The translations under genes were made by a program, and so were the position numbers. From the NCBI GenBank assembly GCA_963802945.1, contig CAWDKY010000027.1, positions 128,001 to 192,000 on the forward strand: a stretch of 64,000 nucleotides of DNA, read 5' to 3'. The stretch is from an uncultured delta proteobacterium (lineage in GTDB: Bacteria; Desulfobacterota; RBG-13-43-22). Shown here in pieces: positions 10,156 to 17,190 of this stretch (the first letter of the stretch is position 1; the number at the start of each line of letters is the position of its first letter). The notes under the pieces were generated by a model. The model saw only the letters and a program-made list of their open reading frames with translations. It had not been told where the DNA came from and made no database searches.

Positions 10156-10310
10156 ATTTCAATTCTTATCATAACGTACCAACAAGAGTCAAAAGCAGAC
10201 TTGCCCCCCTCCGACCAATTTGTAATAAATTACAAGACCATGCACACTTACATAAAGCCGCGACGAAAGTCCGGTCGGTGTTTACTGACTTCTTATACCT
10301 GTAGATCATT

Positions 10311-10643
10311 TCATAGTCTTTCAATTAGCTTGTAATAATCCTTGATTGTACGAAGGGATTCCATCATGGTTTGGAACAAGATCCAACTGAGGACAAGGAT
10401 TCCTATGGTTAGTCCAATCTTCCATGCCCGCGTCGTTTGTGGACGCCACCAAATCAGGGGCAACGCCAGAGGTCCCACAGCGCAGACTGCGAAGATAATG
10501 AAGGATTTTCGGAAATACCATGGAGTCTTTTCTTCTGCAAGACGTGAGGGGATGGAGGCATCCAGAAACTCACCACAGTGTTTACATTTTATAGCTTCGT
10601 CTTGAATATCTTCAGCGCAGAAGGGACACTTTTTCATTATCAT
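10311..10643 (-). CDS. Zinc-ribbon membrane protein (gene cassette)
   Basis: [22 protein letters not shown] followed by two TM helices; the true start lies downstream of the attC. Confidence 0.75.
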   Translation of the reverse strand: MIMKKCPFCAEDIQDEAIKCKHCGEFLDASIPSRLAEEKTPWYFRKSFIIFAVCAVGPLALPLIWWRPQTTRAWKIGLTIGILVLSWILFQTMMESLRTIKDYYKLIERL

Positions 10644-10651
10644 CTCTCTTG

Positions 10652-10715
10652 GTAGAACGTTGCAGGTCACCGGGAGCCCGATTTTTGGGTGATTCGATGG
10701 AGCCAATTGTTAGCG
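10652..10715 (-). repeat. attC site
   Basis: CGCTAAC...cgggctcccggtgacctgcaac-GTTCTAC, immediately after the stop of 10717-11250. Confidence 0.75.
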
Positions 10716-10716
10716 C

Positions 10717-11250
10717 TCACTCGTTCGCTTTGGTTGACCCCGTCTCCCTGATCCAAGGCTTTAGCCTTGGAATCCACATCGGTACATTCCGTCTATAAAC
10801 GAGGTATTCTTCACCAAAACGTCTTACCAATCCTGGCTCTTCTGATAACCGAAAATAGAAGGTATTCCCTATACCAAAGATCAGGGCCCACATGAATAAT
10901 AACCATGATCCAAAAAAAATAGTTTCCCCGATGAGCATAAAAAGAACCCCAGAAATCATAGGATTGCGGACATAGCGGTAGACACCGTCGGTAACGAGCT
11001 TTTGAGTTGGATTCCATGGAGCGAGCGTTCCTCTACCCTTTTTCATGAATAATCGAATCGTGATGACAAGAAGCAAAAGTCCGACGCAAAAGGCAAGGGT
11101 ACCCAGGGGAGCTTGAATAAAGGGAACAGGAAGATAGAGTCTTACCCCGAAAGGATGGAAACGGACGACCTGTAGAAATGGAACGATCACTACAACTGTG
11201 ATCGGCAGAATCAGAGAACAAAGTTGTCGAAGAAGGTTTGTGCCAGCCAT
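10717..11250 (-). CDS. ICMT/PEMT family membrane methyltransferase (gene cassette)
   Basis: GTLAPWNPTQKLVTDGVYRYVRNPM and EEPGL.RRFGEEY..Y motifs. Confidence 0.85.
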   Translation of the reverse strand: MAGTNLLRQLCSLILPITVVVIVPFLQVVRFHPFGVRLYLPVPFIQAPLGTLAFCVGLLLLVITIRLFMKKGRGTLAPWNPTQKLVTDGVYRYVRNPMISGVLFMLIGETIFFGSWLLFMWALIFGIGNTFYFRLSEEPGLVRRFGEEYLVYRRNVPMWIPRLKPWIRETGSTKANE

Positions 11251-11308
11251 AGTAGATCTTCATAGCATAAGAGATTTGTTGCGCCAGGGTTCAACCTCCA
11301 CCTTCGAC

Positions 11309-11386
11309 ATATAACAACCAAACTCAACTGCGGCCCTGGCGAGGCAAAGCGGCGACTGGGCCGTCGGTTGGAGCGCCTTGTTCGGT
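11309..11386 (-). repeat. attC site
   Basis: ACCGAAC-aaggcgctccaaccgacggccc...gggccgcagttgag-GTTATAT. Confidence 0.8.
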
Positions 11387-11533
11387 GCTTATCCCCTGAG
11401 ATAGATATTCAACCTTACCGTTTGTCCAAATTGGTATTTTTAAATTATTCTTCCTTGCATTTTCAGCAACCTTGACGGCGGCACGTTGCAAAGCCTTAAA
11501 TCCTAAGACTGTGTATGGATTATGTACTTTCAT
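11324..11533 (-). CDS. Small protein, probable antitoxin partner of a zeta-toxin-like P-loop kinase
   Basis: KALQRAA..VAE.ARK....IPIW.NGKV; lies directly downstream of a deleted Walker A ORF and reads into the attC. Confidence 0.55.
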   Translation of the reverse strand: MKVHNPYTVLGFKALQRAAVKVAENARKNNLKIPIWTNGKVEYLSQGISTEQGAPTDGPVAALPRQGRS

Positions 11534-11551
11534 TTTCCTGTCTCCGATTCA

Positions 11552-11623
11552 TCAAGAACCACTTGCAAATGTCGTTTTGCCCGAACCATTAGGCCCTGCT
11601 ATTATGTAACATTTTTTTTCCAA
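11552..11623 (-). pseudogene. Internally deleted zeta-toxin-like P-loop ATPase
   Basis: GAGGT RBS and TTG start, then MEKKCYIIAGPNGSGKTTFASGS-stop (Walker A region only). Confidence 0.75.
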
Positions 11624-11643
11624 AGTTAAAATACCTCTCTATC

Positions 11644-11709
11644 ACCAAACGGTGGAACTCACGGCGAGGCGGGAGCATCCCGCCGATCCCGTACAGTGAA
11701 ATGTTAGGC
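11644..11709 (-). repeat. attC site (same family as the module attCs)
   Basis: GCCTAAC-atttcactgtacgggatcggcgggatgctcccgcc...GTTTGGT; the stop of 11704-11913 lies in R''. Confidence 0.85.
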
Positions 11710-11913
11710 AAGTTTTTTTTGTCGTCTGATGATTTCCGCCAATGATCTTAAGGCTTGATTCACTGAGTCATGGTCAGGGAAAACTTTCGCAACGTCCGGC
11801 TCAATGACCACGGTATTTGTTCCCTCTTCGTACATCTTTGAGTATTTTCCCCGAATACCCTTGCTGAAATCGTATTCCTCAAGCATGTCCGGATCTTTTT
11901 GCATTCTCTTCAT
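11704..11913 (-). CDS. BrnA-like antitoxin (orphan, gene cassette)
   Basis: MLEEYDFSKGIRGKY...VVIEPDVAKVFPD..SVNQALRSL. Confidence 0.75.
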   Translation of the reverse strand: MKRMQKDPDMLEEYDFSKGIRGKYSKMYEEGTNTVVIEPDVAKVFPDHDSVNQALRSLAEIIRRQKKLA

Positions 11914-11929
11914 ATTGTTTCCTTATCGT

Positions 11930-12075
11930 GCATAACGACGGAATTCACGGGGAGGCGGGAGAATCCCGCCGATCCCGTGCAGTACAATGTTAGGCAGTAT
12001 ATAAATAATTAGGCTAAGTTAACTTCCATTGGTCTCAACCAAAATTCAGATGTCAAGGGCTGACCCTGATTTCTC
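11930..12075 (-). repeat. ORF-less module copy 2: hairpin motif + spacer + attC (attC 11930-11995)
   Basis: GAGAAATCAGGGTCAGCCCTTGACA...GCCTAAC...GTTATGC. Confidence 0.9.
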
Positions 12076-12102
12076 CGCTTATCCAGCGTGATGTTATATT
12101 TT

Positions 12103-12330
12103 CTACATTAATTCAAGGAAAAGATCGACATCCATCCGAGCTTGCTTTAGAATATGGGAAAGTGTCGAACGTTTGATTGGTCTGTGGGCCGGAATTGTCA
12201 GTTTTAGCACTTCATCGTGGATATGCTTTTGCATTCTGATGTGGCTGCCCTTTTGCCGGACTATCACCCATCCGTCCCGCCGAAGTGCTCGAATTACTTT
12301 GTCATATGCAACGCTTGGGATTTTCGTCAT
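12103..12330 (-). CDS. hicA: HicA family toxin
   Basis: GWVIVRQKGSHIRM...IPAH..IKRSTL..IL. Confidence 0.9.
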   Translation of the reverse strand: MTKIPSVAYDKVIRALRRDGWVIVRQKGSHIRMQKHIHDEVLKLTIPAHRPIKRSTLSHILKQARMDVDLFLELM

Positions 12331-12530
12331 ACTGCGACTTCTAAGATCTCTGTACCCGGGACTATGTTCATGTCGTCAACGACAGGCTCAATGTATAGCT
12401 CAATTGCTTCCTTGATGTTTTCCAAGGCTTCCTCTTTTGTATCTCCCTCGCTAATACAACCAGGAAGGCTTGGAACATAGGCAGTAAACCCACCTTCTTC
12501 GCTTGGCTCAAAGATAATTTTAAGTTTCAT
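12327..12530 (-). CDS. hicB: HicB family antitoxin
   Basis: EEGGFTAYVPSLPGCISEGDTKEEALENIKEAI. Confidence 0.9.
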   Translation of the reverse strand: MKLKIIFEPSEEGGFTAYVPSLPGCISEGDTKEEALENIKEAIELYIEPVVDDMNIVPGTEILEVAV

Positions 12531-12549
12531 TTTTCAATCCTCCATTAAA

Positions 12550-12695
12550 ATATAACGATAGAACTTACGGGGAGGCGGGAGAATCCCGCCGATCCCGTGC
12601 AGTGAAATGTCAGGCCGCATATGGGTACTTAGGCTAATTTAACTTCCCTTGGTCTCAATCATAATTCAAATGTCAAGGGCTGACCCTGATTTCTC
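12550..12695 (-). repeat. ORF-less module copy 3: hairpin motif + spacer + attC (attC 12550-12615)
   Basis: GAGAAATCAGGGTCAGCCCTTGACA...GCCTGAC...GTTATAT. Confidence 0.9.
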
Positions 12696-12725
12696 TCGTG
12701 ACTGATCTGTTTTTCTGGCCCTCTG

Positions 12726-13250
12726 CTACTTGAGAGACTTTAGCCACTTCTTCCGTTCTTTCTCGTCGGGCACTGCGAACTCTTCCAACTTCTGACGCAC
12801 TCTTCCCACTCTTACAGGGTCATACGACTCCAACACAAGCTTCGGCGTCAAGTGCTCCATCTCGAGCACGAGTTTGATGTTGGTCCGAAGATGCTCGACA
12901 GTATTACGTGTTTCATCTCTGGCCCGCTCTGCCTCGACCTTTGCGAGTTTGGCTTCTGCATTGGCCTTCAGTACGCCTTCTCTTGCCGCGGCAGCTTGCC
13001 TCAGAGCATCGCCTGCTGACTGAACAGCCCGGTCCGCTGAATTCCTTTGCCTGGTGGCTTCGTGGAATTGCAGCCAGGATAAGGTAACGAGAGCTATTGA
13101 CAGGATCATGGAGACGACGCTAATGAAACCGGCAACAGACTCCAACTTTGATGAAAAGTAACCTTGAGTTCTCTTACAGTGAAAGCAGACTCTTGCGCCT
13201 TCCGGAATGGACATCCGACAGTGTCGGCAGGGCTTGGTTTTATCGGTCAT
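12726..13250 (-). CDS. Hypothetical protein: zinc ribbon + TM helix + coiled coil (gene cassette)
   Basis: CRHC...CFHC, a hydrophobic segment and an Ala/Glu-rich heptad region. Confidence 0.65.
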   Translation of the reverse strand: MTDKTKPCRHCRMSIPEGARVCFHCKRTQGYFSSKLESVAGFISVVSMILSIALVTLSWLQFHEATRQRNSADRAVQSAGDALRQAAAAREGVLKANAEAKLAKVEAERARDETRNTVEHLRTNIKLVLEMEHLTPKLVLESYDPVRVGRVRQKLEEFAVPDEKERKKWLKSLK

Positions 13251-13278
13251 GCTTCAATCCTTCAGAAACTGTTTCTTT

Positions 13279-13370
13279 AGCGAACGCAATGTATCGGCCG
13301 CACGGGACAACCAGCATGAATGAAAAACAAAGCGGGCTAATATCGTGTCGGCTGGATGTTTTTGTTAGAT
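13279..13370 (-). repeat. attC site
   Basis: ATCTAAC...GTTCGCT; R'' is exactly complementary to this cassette's start, GTTAGAT. Confidence 0.8.
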
Positions 13371-14101
13371 TGCAGGAATGGCTTTAGATTGAGTTTAATA
13401 TTTTCTGCTAATGCATCTATATAGTCATTGCTCATTCTGCCCGGATGGTACGCTTCATAAAAAATCTGTGCCCTGTATTTGTATTTAATTATTCCAGTAT
13501 CAGAAATTTCTTGTCCCCCAGAAAATTTATTTGCCAAAAGCCCATATGTTTTTGTAAAAAATACGTTGATCGGGGCCTTTACGACATCGATTTTTTTGAA
13601 TATATAGTCCATCTTTGTACATTTTTCCCGCAAATTCCATTGATGTTTGGGGTCGTAACATTTGCACGCATTGCTTAACGCCACATAATCCAATAGTTCA
13701 AACCACCAAAGGTCATCTTTCTGGATAGATAGCCGCATGATTTTATATATCCTATTCCAAAAACCCGGCATATATGCCGTTTGGAAAAAACAAAACCAGA
13801 GGGGTTGCGCTATTGTTTTATCTACGCTGAAACGATGCTCATAAGCCCATTCGTAACTTTCTAAACCTACAAAAAAAATCAAAGGGGTTTTACCCACCCA
13901 ATATATCCCCTGCGGCCCATCTATTTCATCGCCAAATTCGGCCATACAGTCTGCCACACACCCAGGCATATTATTTTTGTAAAATGCCCAAATAGCTTCA
14001 TACTTAGTCTGAACAGCCGATACACGTTCCAAAAAATTGCCGCTCATGTCATTTTCAATCTTTTTTAACTTTTCTAAATACTTCGCGATTTCTTCATCCA
14101 T
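13337..14101 (-). CDS. Hypothetical protein, possible uracil-DNA glycosylase superfamily fold (gene cassette)
   Basis: IFFVGLE, FW, ALSNACKC and YHPG motifs in UDG-like order; low GC. Confidence 0.5.
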   Translation of the reverse strand: MDEEIAKYLEKLKKIENDMSGNFLERVSAVQTKYEAIWAFYKNNMPGCVADCMAEFGDEIDGPQGIYWVGKTPLIFFVGLESYEWAYEHRFSVDKTIAQPLWFCFFQTAYMPGFWNRIYKIMRLSIQKDDLWWFELLDYVALSNACKCYDPKHQWNLREKCTKMDYIFKKIDVVKAPINVFFTKTYGLLANKFSGGQEISDTGIIKYKYRAQIFYEAYHPGRMSNDYIDALAENIKLNLKPFLQSNKNIQPTRY

Positions 14102-14113
14102 AATATTATCTCA

Positions 14114-14212
14114 ATCTAACGCAAATTTCACCGGCCGGCGCCGCCAAAGCCAACCGAGCGAAGGCGAGAAGACATACTTCTTACGCCGGTCCGGTGCAAA
14201 TTGTTGTTCGCG
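14114..14212 (-). repeat. attC site
   Basis: CGCGAAC-aacaatttgcaccggaccggcg...cgccggccggtgaaatttgc-GTTAGAT; long paired arms. Confidence 0.85.
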
Positions 14213-14738
14213 GAAACTCGCTGTCTGACGGCTGAGTGCGAAAATATTTTTCAAACGCCAAATACCACTCAAGGTCGGAACCTCGGAGATCTCCTTTCCT
14301 CTGGCCCGCGAGGATCATGAACAGCGAGACAAACCCGTCCCAGTATCGCGGCTCCCCATACTTGCCCCTTACGGGTTTGGCAGGATTGCTCCGGAGATAT
14401 TCCTTTGGGCTCCGATTGCTTTTGGTCATGTTGCACTTATTGCAGGAGGTCACGAAATTTCTCTCGTCGTGCGCGCCACCCGACGAGTGCGGCTCGACGT
14501 GATCTATCACGGCTGCGAGGTGATCCAGCATCGGTGCTGCGTCACGGCGATAACGGAAATCGTAGTACGCCAGCTGACGCGGGTATTTTTGTTCTCGCGC
14601 AAATCCTTCGAGATATTTCAGTGCGGGAGCGAATACCGTTGGCCGTTGGCACCAGTGGCAGAGCCAGCCGTCTCTAAATAGCACACGGACCTGAACGGCA
14701 ATTGGGATCTTTGCTCTGCCTCGACCACGCTTGTCCAT
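14181..14738 (-). CDS. HNH endonuclease (first cassette of array 1)
   Basis: VLFRDGWLCHWC...IDHVEPHSSGG....NFVTSCNKCNMTKS. Confidence 0.85.
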   Translation of the reverse strand: MDKRGRGRAKIPIAVQVRVLFRDGWLCHWCQRPTVFAPALKYLEGFAREQKYPRQLAYYDFRYRRDAAPMLDHLAAVIDHVEPHSSGGAHDERNFVTSCNKCNMTKSNRSPKEYLRSNPAKPVRGKYGEPRYWDGFVSLFMILAGQRKGDLRGSDLEWYLAFEKYFRTQPSDSEFPRTTICTGPA

Positions 14739-14755
14739 GTTTCAGTTCCTCTTAC

Positions 14756-14790
14756 CGCGAACAATTAATATACGAAGTTCATTTTTTACA
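14756..14790 (-). other. Putative attI-like recombination site
   Basis: AT-rich non-palindromic sequence ending ...TATATTAATTG|TTCGCG. TTCGCG is complementary to the R'' (CGCGAAC) of the HNH cassette, and there is no upstream attC arm. Confidence 0.6.
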
Positions 14791-15084
14791 ATTTTTCTCG
14801 ATATTATAACACCCCATCATATTTAAAAAAAGGTAAAATTTACATAATAATCAATAGATACATATTGATTTGATGAAGCGGAGGACTTCTGGACCAAATG
14901 GTTGTTCAATCCGACGGCAAATCCGGGGTAACCAAATGGAATAGGGGACAAAAACAAAAAAATATTGACTTTGTCCCCCCTCCCATGTTAGACAAATGCG
15001 GTCAATATTATAACCCGAGGATTATTAAAAAAATAAACGGGTTGGGAAGCCCGCCGTAACATTTTTGTGTCGGGTTGAGGCTTC

Positions 15085-15309
15085 GTGCAGGAAGATACCA
15101 GAAAATACATTAAGTTGCTGGCCTTAGTCAGTACCATGGGAATATCCATGGGCCTGGCTCTAGTAATTGCCATTGTCGTGGGTTATTATCTGGATAAATG
15201 GTTTAAAACCAGCCCGGTTTTCTTTCTAATATTTATGGTCTTGGGGATAGTAGCCGGATTTAGAAATATCTACGTGATTATGAAAAGGACTGAAAAAGAT
15301 TTTAAATGA
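15085..15309 (+). CDS. atpZ: AtpZ/AtpI family F0 accessory protein
   Basis: GYYLDKWFKTSPVFFLIFMVLGIVAGFRN; first gene of the F0 operon. Confidence 0.85.
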   Translation: MQEDTRKYIKLLALVSTMGISMGLALVIAIVVGYYLDKWFKTSPVFFLIFMVLGIVAGFRNIYVIMKRTEKDFK

Positions 15310-15734
15310 ACAGGGGGTTGTCTATTTGGAAAGAAGGATCGGTCGAAGATCCTTTTCTTAACAAAGTCCGGTTTATGAACGGGGTGATTTTTGCCCTGTT
15401 ACTGCTGGGCAGTATGATTCTGATGCCCCCCTTTTTTGCTCTTGGTGTCAGTATTGGTGGTTTGATCATTCTGGTCAATTTTCATCTCCTGTCCCGGATT
15501 TTAAGAAAAGCCTTTATCCCCGATCACCTGGCCAGCCCCAAGTCGGTTATTGTTAAATACTATCTACGGTTGTTGGGCACCGGCATCGTGTTGTATTTTT
15601 TAATTGCCAAAAGGCTGGTCGATCCCCTGGGCTTGGTGGTCGGATTGTCGGTGGTCGTCATCAGCCTGACCCTTCTGGGGTTTAATGAAATGCGAAAAAT
15701 CCTTTTTAAACCGTCATGCCCCCCAGGGGCGTGA
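15306..15734 (+). CDS. atpI: ATP synthase subunit I
   Basis: Four TM helices, located between atpZ and atpB. Confidence 0.8.
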   Translation: MNRGLSIWKEGSVEDPFLNKVRFMNGVIFALLLLGSMILMPPFFALGVSIGGLIILVNFHLLSRILRKAFIPDHLASPKSVIVKYYLRLLGTGIVLYFLIAKRLVDPLGLVVGLSVVVISLTLLGFNEMRKILFKPSCPPGA

Positions 15735-15816
15735 CACCACGCAGCTTGTAAATAGGCTTTTAGGAGTTTGGGCGTTATTTCGCACTAAAGTTATTATTAA
15801 GGAGGCCAATTAATTC

Positions 15817-16509
15817 ATGGAGCACCCCATTTTTTTTCTTACTAAACTATTAGAATCCATAGGGTTGGGGCATTTCGCTCATGCCTATCCCCATGTGACC
15901 TATACCTGGCTGATCATGCTGCTGTTAATCGTTTTTTCCCTCCTGGCCGTAAAATCGATGAAGATGATCCCGTCCGGCGGACAGAATTTTTTTGAAATGG
16001 TTATCTCAGGCATTGAAAACTTTCAGGTGGAAACCATGGGAGAGAAAGGGCGAGTGTTTTTCCCTGTACTCGCCACGTTGGGCTTATTTATTTTCCTCTC
16101 CAATATGTTGGGCTTGATCCCGGGTTTCTATTCACCTACAGCCAGTATCAACACCACCCTGGCCTGTGCCTTGATTGTTTTCGTGATTACCCATATCATC
16201 GGGATAAAGGTTCACGGCTTTAAGTATATCAAACAATTCCTCGGACCTATCTGGTGGCTGGCCCCGCTGATGTTTCCTATTGAAATCATCAGCCATCTTT
16301 CCCGTGTGCTTTCCCTGACCCTGCGGTTGTTTGGAAATATCTTTGGAGAGGACCTGGTTTTGGCCATCCTCCTTTTGCTGGCCGGTAAATTTTTGGCCCC
16401 GGCGGTGGTGATGATGTTTCTGGCCTTGTTCACCAGTTTCATCCAGGCTTTTGTCTTTGTCTTGTTGTCCATGATTTATTTTTCTACGGCCCTGGAGGAA
16501 GCACACTAA
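15817..16509 (+). CDS. atpB: ATP synthase F0 subunit a
   Basis: [10 protein letters not shown] with the conserved Arg; IQAFVF.LLS..Y. Confidence 0.97.
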   Translation: MEHPIFFLTKLLESIGLGHFAHAYPHVTYTWLIMLLLIVFSLLAVKSMKMIPSGGQNFFEMVISGIENFQVETMGEKGRVFFPVLATLGLFIFLSNMLGLIPGFYSPTASINTTLACALIVFVITHIIGIKVHGFKYIKQFLGPIWWLAPLMFPIEIISHLSRVLSLTLRLFGNIFGEDLVLAILLLLAGKFLAPAVVMMFLALFTSFIQAFVFVLLSMIYFSTALEEAH

Positions 16510-16513
16510 ACAA

Positions 16514-16650
16514 TTTCGGATTGTGGATTTCGGATTTCGGAATAATGAGGAAATAAACTAAAGAATTGCGGATTTTAGAATTCGGATTGTGGAATAAAGA
16601 AGCAATCAGATTGATCCAGTATCGAGAATCCAGAATCCAGTATCGGATTT
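16514..16650. repeat. Imperfect heptanucleotide repeat tract (TTCGGAT/TGTGGAT and ATCCAGT/ATCCAGA)
   Basis: Tandem 7-mer variants in the atpB-atpE spacer. Confidence 0.7.
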
Positions 16651-16700
16651 TTAAGTTTTAGGAAGAAGGCGAATCTTTATATAGAAAGGAGAATGATTCA

Positions 16701-17069
16701 ATGGTAAAAAAAGTAGCTCTATTGACAATGACCGCCCTGCTCAGTATGGTGGCCATGGCCTTTGCCGAAAGCAATCCTCAGGTGGCGGCTGCCGGGCTTA
16801 ACGTCTATTTTGGCGTGGTCCTGGCCGCAGGTCTGGGAATTGGGATTGCTGCCCTGGGAACAGGTATCGGTCAGGGCTTGGGCTTGAAGGGCGCGGTTGA
16901 AGGCGTTGCCAGGAATCCTGAGGCTTCAGGTAAGATCACGGTGACCATGATTATCGGTTTAGCCATGATCGAGTCCCTTTGTATTTATGCACTGGTTGTC
17001 TCTCTGATCCTGTTGTATGCCTATCCTATGGCCACACCGATTGCCAAGATGGTCGGTCTGCCCATGTAA
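16701..17069 (+). CDS. atpE: ATP synthase F0 subunit c with N-terminal extension
   Basis: [12 protein letters not shown]...ARNPE...IGLAMIES with the carboxylate Glu. Confidence 0.97.
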   Translation: MVKKVALLTMTALLSMVAMAFAESNPQVAAAGLNVYFGVVLAAGLGIGIAALGTGIGQGLGLKGAVEGVARNPEASGKITVTMIIGLAMIESLCIYALVVSLILLYAYPMATPIAKMVGLPM

Positions 17070-17100
17070 TTCATTATACCAACATTTATACCAAAGGATA

Positions 17101-17141
17101 AAAAAAGGGCTGTTGGCGAGAAACCAACAGCCCTTTTTTTT
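17101..17141. terminator. Bidirectional rho-independent terminator
   Basis: AAAAAAGGGCTGTTGG-loop-CCAACAGCCCTTTTTTT between convergent atpE and uvrA. Confidence 0.85.
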
Positions 17142-17190
17142 ATCCTGTATCGGGTTTCATAAATTGTTAAACACGGTATCCTTAAATTTT

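Larger units (their letters stand above)
7635..14790 (-). mobile_element. Integron-like gene cassette array lacking an adjacent integrase (CALIN), array 1
   Basis: About ten attC-like sites (RYYYAAC...GTTRRRY-like, palindromic) separate co-oriented short ORFs. Stops overlap R'' boxes, several cassette start/end boxes are complementary, TA cassettes are present, and there is no intI ORF in the window. Confidence 0.9.

Noticed and set aside
9942-12695. Repeats considered as a CRISPR array
   Set aside because: The units are 65-145 bp, separated by whole genes, have attC box structure, and no cas genes are present.
14760-15085. Integron integrase gene next to the array head
   Set aside because: No tyrosine-recombinase ORF or remnant is recognisable here or upstream of array 2.
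15085-17069. F0-only atp operon and long subunit c as unusual
   Set aside because: Split F0/F1 operons and N-terminally extended c subunits are normal in deltaproteobacteria.
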